A stretch of DNA of 64,000 nt from Trichosphaerium sp. ATCC 40318 (taxonomy: Eukaryota > Protista > Tubulinea): NCBI GenBank assembly GCA_038496445.1, contig JALMLS010000310.1, positions 248,001 through 312,000 of the forward strand. The letters run 5' to 3'. A model generated the notes under the pieces. It was not told the origin of the DNA, made no database searches, and saw only the letters and a list, made by a program, of their open reading frames with translations. Both the position numbers and the translations under genes were made by a program. Below, piece after piece: positions 1-10,700 of the stretch. Position 1 is the stretch's first letter, and the number at the start of each line of letters is the position of its first letter.

Positions 1-497
1 CGGTCTCTTGCATCTGTAAACACACTTTCCCAGCATTTGAAGGTCTAAAATGGTACACAAAACAACCATACGGTGCTTGCTACGCACCTGGGTGCCCAGA
101 CAGAATGTACTTGAATAACCTTACAAAAACATATGCGCACGCCAGAGTACTTGCTAGAGAGGCTATGCTTGCCGATGGTGACTATTATGGAAGCAAAGAA
201 GTAGGAAGGGAGATATTCTTATTATGTGCTCAGAAAGGTGATCCTTCTATTAAAATAACAACAAATATAACAGGTCGTGTTGGTGCAATGCTAGAAGAAC
301 AAAAACAAATGAGTCTAAGTGATAAACTGGTAAACGAAAACCCCTTGTTAAACACAGCAAAACAGAATGCAATTGATTATATTAATAATCCAAAGGCACC
401 TTTAAGTACAAATAATAAACCTCCATTGAAAAGTAATCCTACTACTAAACGTAGGAGGAAAAAAAGGAGAAAAATTTACCATCCAGATCACAAGTGA
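1..497 (+). CDS. 3' part of a hypothetical protein, open from the window edge; Cys-containing segment and basic NLS-like tail
   Basis: Frame 3 is open from base 3 (VSCICKHTFPAFEGLKWYTKQPYGACYAPGCPDRMYL...) to TGA at 495-497 and ends TKRRRKKRRK. No family recognised. Confidence 0.5.
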   Translation, partial: VSCICKHTFPAFEGLKWYTKQPYGACYAPGCPDRMYLNNLTKTYAHARVLAREAMLADGDYYGSKEVGREIFLLCAQKGDPSIKITTNITGRVGAMLEEQKQMSLSDKLVNENPLLNTAKQNAIDYINNPKAPLSTNNKPPLKSNPTTKRRRKKRRKIYHPDHK

Positions 498-856
498 AGT
501 GTAAAACAAACAATAAACAGCTGTACAATAATTAAATCTAAGTCACTATAAAGTCTCATGTTACTTTCGATTACTATGTACCCACAATGTTACTGTAGCG
601 GAATGTTATAACTGTAGCGTGTTCCCAGTGTTCACATCTATAAACATTGTAGAGAATAGCAGTTTGTCTTCGCTTGACAAGTACAGCATACCGTCATCAG
701 TCCTACAAGGTATCATTGTCCTTGAACCTGTGAGTGTCATAAACTCAGTGTCATTTAACACGTGTAAAAAGAAAGAAACAAGTAGGAACGTGACGTTTCT
801 TTGAATGACAAATGAATAAATAACGAACTTAACAGCCTATTAATTAAATAAACAAC

Positions 857-1150
857 ATGATTCGCAGCGCACTCACTATAAACAATCGAATAGCCAATCC
901 TAGACGCTATTTAACTCAGTTTAATCGTTTTAAAACAACAGGACCGAGTAAAACCCTAAAATATAGCCTGGCGTTCATAATAGGTAATGTACTGCTATTA
1001 GAAACATTTGTATGGGGTACTGCGTACATAAAATACAACAAAGAACAAGAAGCGGAAATAGACGTAGAAACAACTTCAACAGCTACATCAATGCCCACAG
1101 AGGATACAAATGATGTCTGTGAAGTGCCGATATCAACTTCAACGACTTAA
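857..1150 (+). CDS. small single-pass membrane protein, possibly mitochondrial
   Basis: Good start context (acaacATG); Arg/Asn-rich N-terminus without acidic residues; one hydrophobic helix (SLAFIIGNVLLLETFVWGTAYI); acidic tail. Confidence 0.45.
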   Translation: MIRSALTINNRIANPRRYLTQFNRFKTTGPSKTLKYSLAFIIGNVLLLETFVWGTAYIKYNKEQEAEIDVETTSTATSMPTEDTNDVCEVPISTSTT

Positions 1151-2123
1151 CACGGAGCACCATCAGGAATACATAGAGCACCAACAAAACCTTGTACAAA
1201 ACCATATCTATACATAAAAATAAAAAAGAGTAAGAAGAACTATGCAAATCTGTCCCACTTGTTATTTCATTAGCCTTCACTGAACACCGAGTTCTTTTTG
1301 TCACTGTTTCAATAATAAAGCACTTAACTTCGCATCCGGCATCAAAGTACTTGATCATTTTGTCCTTATGGCTGATACGAGTTGCACCCGAACTCCAACT
1401 CAACCATAAAAGGGTGCAAAGGTTAAGTTTTAGTGTACGACTTTTAATGACAAGTGCACAATGTTCGGCAAAACACTTTTTGTATTCAAAAGACCTTTGA
1501 ATGTACTGGAGTCTAAATACCTATTATTTGCATCTCATGAAGCTGTTGCAAAAGTCATAGAATAGTTCACCCAACATGCATTGCCGTAAAAGCTGATGTC
1601 TCCTGAGTCCATACCAATACTTGCAACTGTTGGCATGAGAGGACACCCAATGAAGCGAAAAACAGTATACTGTCTAAGTATGTTGGAGATCTTTTAATGT
1701 ACTTAGATCTCTGTTTAATGACTCAAGTTGTTTTTGATGATAATATTGTCACTGTGGCGTAAATCAAGTGTTTCTTTTATATAATGCCTGAGCTATATGA
1801 TATGTCTCAAGTAAGTGGTTTCTTGCTCCATGATATAAGCGACAGCTTCAATTGAAGGAATCAGTACAAATTCCTATGCTAATGGTAGTACACGAATTAG
1901 GTATTTTTGACAACTCCTGATTTTTCAGAAAACACTATCAACGAACTTAGATTTCATTCCTAGAATATACAAATGACAAACTTCAGATATGTCATGCTGA
2001 AGGTCTTAGAATTACAGCAAGGTCAAAATAGCAAGTAATTTACTAACGCCTTTGCTGGCAATCTAATACGTGTATGAGGATGGACCTTTATTTGGAAACA
2101 AACAGTATCAAAGTACAAAAGAA

Positions 2124-3224
2124 CTAGAAACCAGTATCAAGGCCAGGAATAAGTTTTGGTGCAAAGCTATCACTGTCAACAACAAAACATATTATATGTT
2201 GTACTAATTCAGGAGGAAGGTATGGTTCAATACGCTTAATACAAAGCATAAGGTAAAAAACGTGAACTCTAAAAAACTTGGGAAAATAACGATGTAATCT
2301 TGGATGCCATCGTTGATTCAATGCCAACTTGATGAGTTTTTTTAGTTCAATATCATCTTCTGAATCTGTTGCCACATGCTTATCAACAAATTCCATACAG
2401 TGGGTTGTCTTGTCGTCTTGAGTAAAAGGTATTGTTACATCTGCATGGTACATACGAAGAATTAACAATGACCTCAAATCCTTGTATTTAATAGCTGAAC
2501 ACAAAGGTGTTATTGAATGAGATAGGATTCTACGGCCACTTTTAGTTGTCTTCTTGTTGACATCTGCTCCGTAGTGAAGTAATAACAACATTGATGATTC
2601 TTTGGTGTTAATCTGCTCAATTGATAAAACTGTGTTGCTATACTCCTCAATCACGCTTTGCAATGTTGTAAAGTGCACTGACCATTCACCATCATTATCA
2701 GATTCCGTGTTATTATAAATATTAGGGTCTGCAGAGGCTTTAAGCAACATGTTAAGTACTCTTAGATTGGTTAAAAGTGCTGCTGTGTAGCATAGCATTG
2801 TCATGTAGTGTTTATGTTTATATCGCACTTTTACCATGCTATTTACATTGCCCTTTGATAAACCAAGCTTGAAGAGGTTGTATGATTGTGATGTAAGGTT
2901 TTTGCTCATTAATAACACAATCTGTTGAAAAGCTGAAGTTTCTGTTGTTCCTAACCAATCATCACTATAATAAATACCATTGATGTTTGCACCGTATTTG
3001 AGAAGCATTGAAGCGATTTTGAAGCTTGGAGTTTGTTTGTATTGACCTGTGTGTAAAGGTATGTGTATGAGCGTATAGGATTTAGTGAAGTAAAACTGTT
3101 CATCTAAAACTGTTTCGTTTGGGTTTGTGCCTTCTTTTAGTAATATTTCAACTGACGCAATATCATCGGCGAGTAAAGCTTTGTGTAGTTCCGATTTAAA
3201 TCCTGTAGTTTCGTTGGACAACAT
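2124..3224 (-). CDS. intronless ankyrin-repeat protein with C-terminal F-box/SOCS-box-like helical motif
   Basis: Ankyrin signatures LLKEGTNPN, LLKYGANIN, LLKASADPN, LLHYGADVN and TPLCSAI; C-terminal WHPRLHRYFP...LPPELVQHIICFV. Confidence 0.85.
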   Translation of the reverse strand: MLSNETTGFKSELHKALLADDIASVEILLKEGTNPNETVLDEQFYFTKSYTLIHIPLHTGQYKQTPSFKIASMLLKYGANINGIYYSDDWLGTTETSAFQQIVLLMSKNLTSQSYNLFKLGLSKGNVNSMVKVRYKHKHYMTMLCYTAALLTNLRVLNMLLKASADPNIYNNTESDNDGEWSVHFTTLQSVIEEYSNTVLSIEQINTKESSMLLLLHYGADVNKKTTKSGRRILSHSITPLCSAIKYKDLRSLLILRMYHADVTIPFTQDDKTTHCMEFVDKHVATDSEDDIELKKLIKLALNQRWHPRLHRYFPKFFRVHVFYLMLCIKRIEPYLPPELVQHIICFVVDSDSFAPKLIPGLDTGF

Positions 3225-3311
3225 GACGGCGGTTTTTTTGTGTTAAGTCATACTTAGCAAGTACAGACAATATTCAGTGAAGTGTAGTCAATTTTGTAAT
3301 GATGTAACACT

Positions 3312-3755
3312 TAGCGATGTTCCAAACGAATAGAATACAGAATCTATTGCCAGAACGTAAAAAGTTGGAAATAGTCGACTCTATTCCGATTCAGTTTTCA
3401 GAGAAGAGTGACTGGTACGTTTATTTGATAATTCGAGCCAATCTTGAGCCCGCCACGTGATCTATTTTTTTGCTGTCTGAAAACCACTTTTTAGTACTTT
3501 CCACGCGTAGAAATAGCCATCTCTTGAGGTAAAACATATTTTAACAACATTTTGTAGTTTGATCTGGCAGTCGCTCTGGATTAAAAAAAGTCTCAGACGT
3601 TGTGAGGATGTAAAGAAATGGTTTTCAGACAGTAATAAGGATGTAATTTGTGCTGTTTTGTCTCACCACAAAAAAAGCGAGAAGACGAAATTCGAATAAA
3701 CCAAGAAATTTTTTTTCAAATACGAATTTTGCAATATCCGTTTGGAACATTGCTA
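3312..3755. mobile_element. non-autonomous hAT-type DNA transposon (MITE), 444 bp
   Basis: 21-bp TIRs: TAGCGATGTTCCAAACGAATA (3312-3332) and TATCCGTTTGGAACATTGCTA (3735-3755), 2 mismatches. Identical 8-bp flanking direct repeat GTAACACT at 3304-3311 and 3756-3763. No ORF. Confidence 0.88.
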
Positions 3756-4009
3756 GTAACACTACATAGTCACCCAAAAACTGTGGTACATAAAGCGTAC
3801 TTAAGATTTTGCGTAACTATATAAAACACACTTTGAAGTGTGAGGTGTGGCAAAAAATAGACATGCTAAAAGGATGAGTCTTTTAAATTTGATATTAGCT
3901 ATGTAAGAAAATTGGCAGCGTAAACAATGAATAATCTGTATTTATTTTTTTTTCCTAAAAAACAGCAAATAGTGAGTAGCCTTGAAACAATCAATTAATT
4001 ACTGAATAT

Positions 4010-6261
4010 TTACCTATGAAGAAACCTCAATGTTGTTTCTATAGCTGTATATGATAGTGCAAGTGACGGAATGACCTAAGCCGAAATAAACAATAGATTT
4101 TGAAAAAAAAACAACAAACAACAGAATCCTGTCTCGTTTTTCTGCTAACCTTCATGTATGCGGATCCAACACCTCTGAATAATCCTCTAGGACCATCTTT
4201 AGTAATAATTGACTTTGTTGCGCCATAGACATTGATAGGATTTTTTGACATCTGACATTGTCGGCGGATTACATCAATAGGATATGTCACTACAATACAA
4301 TTAAAAAAAAATCCACTTAGCCAAGAGGAAGTATTCCAAACATACTTGTAGTAGCTATAAAAGCACTCGTAGTTGAACATGCCAAAAACGTAGTTGTCCT
4401 AGGTACCTATTGTACACTGTAAGAAAGTAAACTCTTAAAAAAACCAAATTTCCAAAAAAGGATTATAGTATTTCTATAGAACACGTACTTGGCCATGCTC
4501 AGCGCGCCATTCCTTTACAGAATTATAAATAGTTTTGTCAATCGCAACAAAAGGTCCAATAGCCTAAAAATACGAGAGTAAGTCATAATCGAAATAAAAC
4601 TGTCTCAAGACTTCAGTAATGTTAAGTTGTACTGTCGGACGGGTTTTTTTGAGTTTGGCGTACAAGAACTGTAGGAAGGAGTCCTCTGAACAATCCCATA
4701 GATCCACCTGTTTTCATGATATCTTTAAAAACAAGTCTCAAATCAGAGCGCCCTTTATATGCATCTGAACAGACATGTGTATGAACAACATCAAGAGGAT
4801 ACGTTATAATTGTAGCGGTTACACCAGCACTAAAACCTGCCATTGCCTTCCATGTAGTAGAGTACTTTTTGAAGTTCAACTCATCTCTTGTATGCTTACT
4901 CCTTCGTTCCATTTCCTTAAATAAGATAAGCACAAAAAGAAAGACTATCAATAGTTTTGGTAGAAGTATAGACCGTAAACAATAAGAAAAATATGGGATT
5001 TAAGCATGTTTGCGTAAGCCTTTACCTGGACGAAATTAGCATATAGAGTGCAAACCAAACCAGTACAGAATGATGCGCGGACAATTGAAATAGCTGTAAA
5101 GTCGTAAGTATTTGAATAAAAGAGAAATATATGTCAATGCAAACAGGAAGGAAATAAAATGAGTTTACCATTTCCTTTAAAGAAACCAGCTAGTCCTTCA
5201 TTCTGAAATACTGTACGTAAATTATTGAACCAGCTCTTTTTCTCTTTTTGGGTCTAAACAACAAAAATGAGTCCTTTGGTTACACCTCCACAGCCAATCG
5301 AAAAAAATAATTTTTTGAAAGCGTACTTGAGCAATAATTTTGAGCCTTTCCAGGGGCGCTGTGAATGATCTTGATATCCCTCCACCTACTGCGCCAGCAG
5401 TAAAGAATGTAAAGAGTTCACCAGTATCTTAAATACTTGTTAACAAGTAGAGCAATGGAGTCACTTAAAAAAAACATTTTTAAAACATACGTGCTGGAAC
5501 TGGTATTTTAAAATCACTCCCATTATCTACTTGAGCCATCTTGAGCCAGTAATTAAGAATAACACGCTCATCAAAAGCATCTAGTTCGTGAAAAACCTAA
5601 TTAAAAGTAAGATACTCACTGAGAAATACCAAAAAACGAAAAGCAAAAAATCATCAAATTTCAAGTTGAAAAAAAAAAATAGAAAGAAAAAACTTTGCTG
5701 TTGTTGACGTCATACACCAACAAGCGCCGAAAAAGATACGCGACGGTACTCACTTTGTAGAACTCACTAAACTCCACACGCTGGTCCCTATCTAAGTCCA
5801 CTGTCTGAATATGGTGTTATTAACACTTTTATAAGTTGCTGTTTTACCTTTAACATCTCTTCAATCATACTCTAAGCGTAGAAATTAGTATTGAAGCAAT
5901 TTCTTAGTTGGTAGATACGGAACGCGGGTTTTTTTAAATGAATAAATTACGAAAGTGCTTTTAACAACACGACGACGCGCACTTTATCAACATGGTGTAG
6001 TCCTAATAATTCTAAAGCATTTCCAAGCTCCGTTGGTTCAATAGACCCTATACGCTAGTTTAGAGTGTAATACAAGGCATAAAACTGGTGTTGGCACATT
6101 CTCCGATAAAAGGCGTATATATCCGGCCAAAAAGATACTATTTACATAAAATACGCTGCGCAATGCGTCTTACCATTGTTATCAACGTCTATTCTGTCGA
6201 AGGTTTCCCAGAGCTTTTGACGTATAGCTTCATCTGCTGGAGAAAGGTTTTGCATATCCAT
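4010..6261 (-). CDS. calcium-binding mitochondrial carrier (SCaMC / ATP-Mg:Pi carrier-like, SLC25A23-25 family), multi-exon
   Basis: Spliced translation starts MDMQNLSPADEAIRQKLWETFDRIDVDNNG (EF-hand), then DLDRDQRVEFSEF (EF-hand) and three carrier repeats: AGAVGGGISRSFTAPLERLKIIAQ, TYPLDVVHT, TYPIDVIRRQCQ. Confidence 0.9.
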
Positions 6262-6812
6262 TGTGGAGTGGTAACCTTTTTAAGAACTCGCAAAACGAGG
6301 AATCGACTGTCTTAAACCGTTAAGTAGGGGTGTCACTTGTCAATTCTCAGTGTTGAATAGAATACACTCTTCAATCTTATTGAGTTCGCTAGTTTGCTTT
6401 AATTGTATAGAAACTTGGAGAAGGCAAGTTCACCACAGAAGTCAGTATTTACATTAATTACTAGCGATTTTTAAACCAATAAATTATGTCCGTAGCGAAT
6501 TACGTGGTATTTGCGCGTTTTTTATACCAAACGTATCCATGCGTAAACTGTCGTTTTGAGGCTCATTCACTAGTATTTGATGTTTATGAGTCGCATACCT
6601 TTTATGGTACATTTGTGAATGCCTGTCAAAGTTCAATAGCGTGGATGGCTTAATTGTATTTAGGCGCGCACATTACCACATCTGCTGTCTATTTGACTAA
6701 CTCACAAGATGTGTTTCATAACTTGGACCGTAAACAATGCAATCTGAAAACGAGCAATAGTAAAACTTGTGTACTTTATTTAGTTTTACATTCATATTGG
6801 AGTGCCAAGATC

Positions 6813-7209
6813 TCAGCAGCTTCCACAAGCAGCTTCGCTCCAGCAACACCATTTATCACTTCTGATGCGAAAGCATAATGGTGATCCAGGGTAGCAGTAT
6901 GCAGTTGAACCTAATAAATATAAGTATTTAAGAATTAAAAATCTTTGTGTTTTTCACATACATTCTTTTCACGACCACGTTTACGCCATCCAGGAGGACA
7001 CCATCCATTTGTATCACATGTTTCACCACACAATAATGGTCCTTGCTAAAAGGTGCGTTAATGACATACAATGTAAAACTAGCATAACATACCTCAGTTG
7101 ATCTCTTTTCGTGCATGTCTGGCATTTCTTCAGAGTCTTTAGATTGGGTCGTCAAGGCAATTGGTATCAATGCCAAAGTCACCAATACGAATAACATTGT
7201 TGTGTTCAT
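6813..7209 (-). CDS. small secreted cysteine-rich prepro-peptide, 3 exons
   Basis: Signal peptide MNTTMLFVLVTLALIPIALT; acidic pro-region ending EKR; exon 2 QGPLLCGETCDTNGWCPPGW; exon 3 frame STAYCYPGSPLCFRIRSDKWCCWSEAACGSC*. Joining exons 2 and 3 needs a weaker GT donor or one extra A in the run at 6966-6969. Confidence 0.7.
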
Positions 7210-7755
7210 TTGTTGTTTGTTTAAAGAAGAGGTTTGTTGTTGGTTGAGGTTTTGTAATTTGGTTTTGTTTGATGCACTTAGACATCGATTTTAAGTCTTC
7301 TTATTCACTGAACAAAAGTATCATAAACTCTTTACCTCATTTCTTTTTCGCTAACTTTAACGTTCACTATCCACGGTATCTTGTTGTAGTTACACTGCAA
7401 ACAGCACCGCTGTTCTATTTGAGTTAAAAGTATTACTACTCGAAGATGAAACATTTACCATAAATGTATTATTAAAAGCCACGCGATTAATCAAGGAACC
7501 TCCTGAGTGAACATTAGTGAAAATCGTCAGTATTCTCACCCCAAGAGTGTTAATATAGTCAATATTACCTTAGCAATAAATCGCGTAGCTGACCTGGGCA
7601 CGTGCTTCCGTAGAAACACCGAACAAACTTTAAGCCTACGAAACCTGGTGAACAATAACTAGAGCAATTTTGTTTGGTACGACAACCAGTTTTTGTACAA
7701 CAGTATTTGAAACAAAGCACACAGACAAAAATTTATTTCCCATTGTGGATTTTCT

Positions 7756-10700
7756 TTAGAAACCGAAAGATTTTACATTGATACCAAACGCAGAGCTTGC
7801 AGCTTTTTTAAGTTTCCTCTTTGCCTGGTCTTCCTGTCTCGCAATCTTCCTGTTTGTATCATACTTCAATCCATGTTTCTCTCGCTCAATCTTTTTATTG
7901 ACATCACGCTTGGCTTTGTCTTGCATTTTCTGACCTACATTGGGTTGTTGTCTTTGCTGTTGTTGTGGTGATCCTGGACCGACTCCTGGACCTGATTGAG
8001 GTCCTGGGGGGTGTTGACTATGTTCAACTATCTCTTCTGGTGGTATCTCGTCCACATATACTTCACCACCACTCGCTTCTTCGTAGATATCGTGGCACCA
8101 CCAACTCTTGTGTACCATTTCGACTAATTTCTTACATTTCTTAGAGTCCTTGTGTTTAGAAGCATAAGCTGCTGCTGCAGACTGTACACCTCCTATCGCT
8201 GTTTTCTCAGGTACAAGTGATTCTATGAGACTCTTTTGTGCGGCTTTATAAGCTTTAGATTTTCCAGACATCCTAAAGTACATAAGTCAAAGCATCATCA
8301 ATAGATTTGTTGCTGAAAAATCTCGTTTCCGCTTAGTCTGGAGAAATATTGGAAAGGAGGTCCTTATTCTTTGCTCCTTTTAGCAACTTTTGGTATTATG
8401 TACAACCAGCTGTCGCTTCAATGTGGCGTGGGATGTACAAGATGATGTTTTTTGAAAAATGTAAGAAGGGTACCTCTTCAAGCAATAGAACACAGCTAGA
8501 GTGATAGTCTCGTTTTTGAACCAACTTAGGTTTGTTCTTATGAGAGCCTTAAGTTGTTCCAAAGCAGCATCAGAATTCGTGTAATGATTTTTACCGACTG
8601 TCAATGAAGCATACATTCCTAATGCGAAAATATCAAGCATTGTTCCTTTGTAGTCTCCGAAGCTTATGGTCTAGAAAGATTGTTAATATAAGTAATTTGA
8701 GGATTAACAATAACATCTGAACCTCCTCTGAAGAGGAGGTTATGTTTTGGTTCGTACCCAATCACAGCAAGAAAGTGCCTTGTTGTCAAAGTAAACCAAA
8801 ACTAATAGCTTTTGTTTCATTGAAAGAGATGTGAATACTGAGAACATTATTTTGACTAGATTGCTTCCAGCGTATAATTCCTTTGATGATAGCATATCAA
8901 TAAGTCCCACATCTTATAAAAAAATTAAAATCAGTACTGACGTGTCAAGAGAATGATAATGAATACAAAACAAGAAAGAAGAAAAAAATAAGAATTAAAA
9001 GGTATTGTTCAAAAAGCGCACTCTTTTTGCACGCGCCAAGATGCACTTTTTTCTTCATGCATAATACTGGATTTGCAGATGTCAAAGGAAGGCATGATAC
9101 TGATAGTTCACCGCAATGCCTAGTTAATTGTTTTTGTCAGTAACACAAACAGATACAAGACCTTTCAGACAATCATACCATACACCTTGATCTTCGTCTT
9201 TTGTCTTTTCGAGCTTCATCTTGGATATAGCAAATGTAGATGGTGGAGCCTCTTTTAGTTGTTCCTTTAACAGAGACGTCGCTTTTTTATGTGCATCTTT
9301 TTCTGATGGTCCTTTTTGCTTGAAGATAGATTTTGATACAACAAACTTGGTCTACAACAAAGAAAAAAATAAGAACACAATGAAAAAAAAGTCAAGAAAC
9401 TGACAACCAAAAGTGTTGGATGTTTTTTACGGTATTTTGGTTCTGCTGCCTACGGCGTTGACGTACCGAGAAGTCAAGTAGGACAGATTTATCTGAACCA
9501 ATAAGTCCTTGAACAACGCTTTTTTTTGGCGTGTTAAAAAAGACAATACCATTATCTTGTAAAGCACTTAATCCAATAGCAGCAAATGGGCTTAGCACAG
9601 CTGTATCACTTGGAAAGTGGTTCGCTATATCACTATAAAATTAAAGTTAACACATGGTTTTCACAGCCACTAGAAGTCTTACTTCCAATGGAAACCAGCT
9701 ACTGGTTGTCCAACATCATCAGCAACGTTGTCTAATGCAAAAATAATAGGAGGTCTAATAGTTCCAGTTTCAAGTGTCATCCAGTGTGGTGTTGCTGTAG
9801 TATATCCAGCACCTGTAACACGATCAAATGTTGCTCCATTATACATGTCAACATCCCAAACACGTGGATTGAGGCCAAGCGCTTGAAATTGAGTAAGTGG
9901 AATGTTGTTGTGAAGAAAAGAAAGGTTGTTTGAAGGGAAAACGTAATCATAGTGTTCAAAGAGCCTTGGTTGATACCTGTTATTATTTTGAGCCAAGCCA
10001 AATACATTATAGCATTTATACTCTTATCTGTTAACAATATACAATCAAACCTATCAACTTGTGGAAACTCTTCCCATCTTGGTGCACAACGACAGCAATC
10101 TTCGATAAATTCAATAGATTTACTTCTGAATATCAATTCAGCTCTGACGTATGCCCTATCGCACCGTTAGAAAACTAACAACGAACACAAGCACATCCGT
10201 TTCTAATATCACGTGCACGGTAAAATCACGTGAAAATAAACTAAAATAAGAACTAAGCGAAAGTACGCACTGTTTAAAGTGGAGAACATCATTCTTCATT
10301 GTAAATGATACTTCAGCTGCAACAACGGATTCTTTTGGATTGATAAGAGGTACTATTATATTAAGAACTTGAGAGTTTGTAGCAGGATCTTGTAAAACAT
10401 CAGGATGATTAACAAGTACATCCTATTAATAAAAAATTAACAAACAAACCTTAACCAAACTACAAACACGTGCCTGAGTGAACCTTAATTGAACAGATAC
10501 AGGGCACTCTGCTTGGCCATAAGGTACCAATGAGATGTTATCCACAACAACTCGGACTTTTCCAGTATCTCCACGGAAGAGACTATCAGTAACCTACAAT
10601 GAATTAATATAAAAAATTTTGTCGAAAAGAAGAACAAAGAAGAATACTCACTGCAATACTTCTAATACGAACTGGATACTGAACTACAAAGTCAACGACT

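Noticed and set aside
1083-2080. Minus-strand ORF fragments
   Set aside because: No recognisable domain or consistent exon chain.
1-3224. Endogenous giant-virus insertion (intronless ORFs, ankyrin gene)
   Set aside because: No viral hallmark gene (capsid, polB, packaging ATPase) is visible; the window edge prevents a firm call.
9679-9996. Stand-alone ORF MAQNNNRYQ...
   Set aside because: Its 5' part is an alternative frame plus intron; the real exon (LGLNPRVWD...) continues the large Gly-rich gene.
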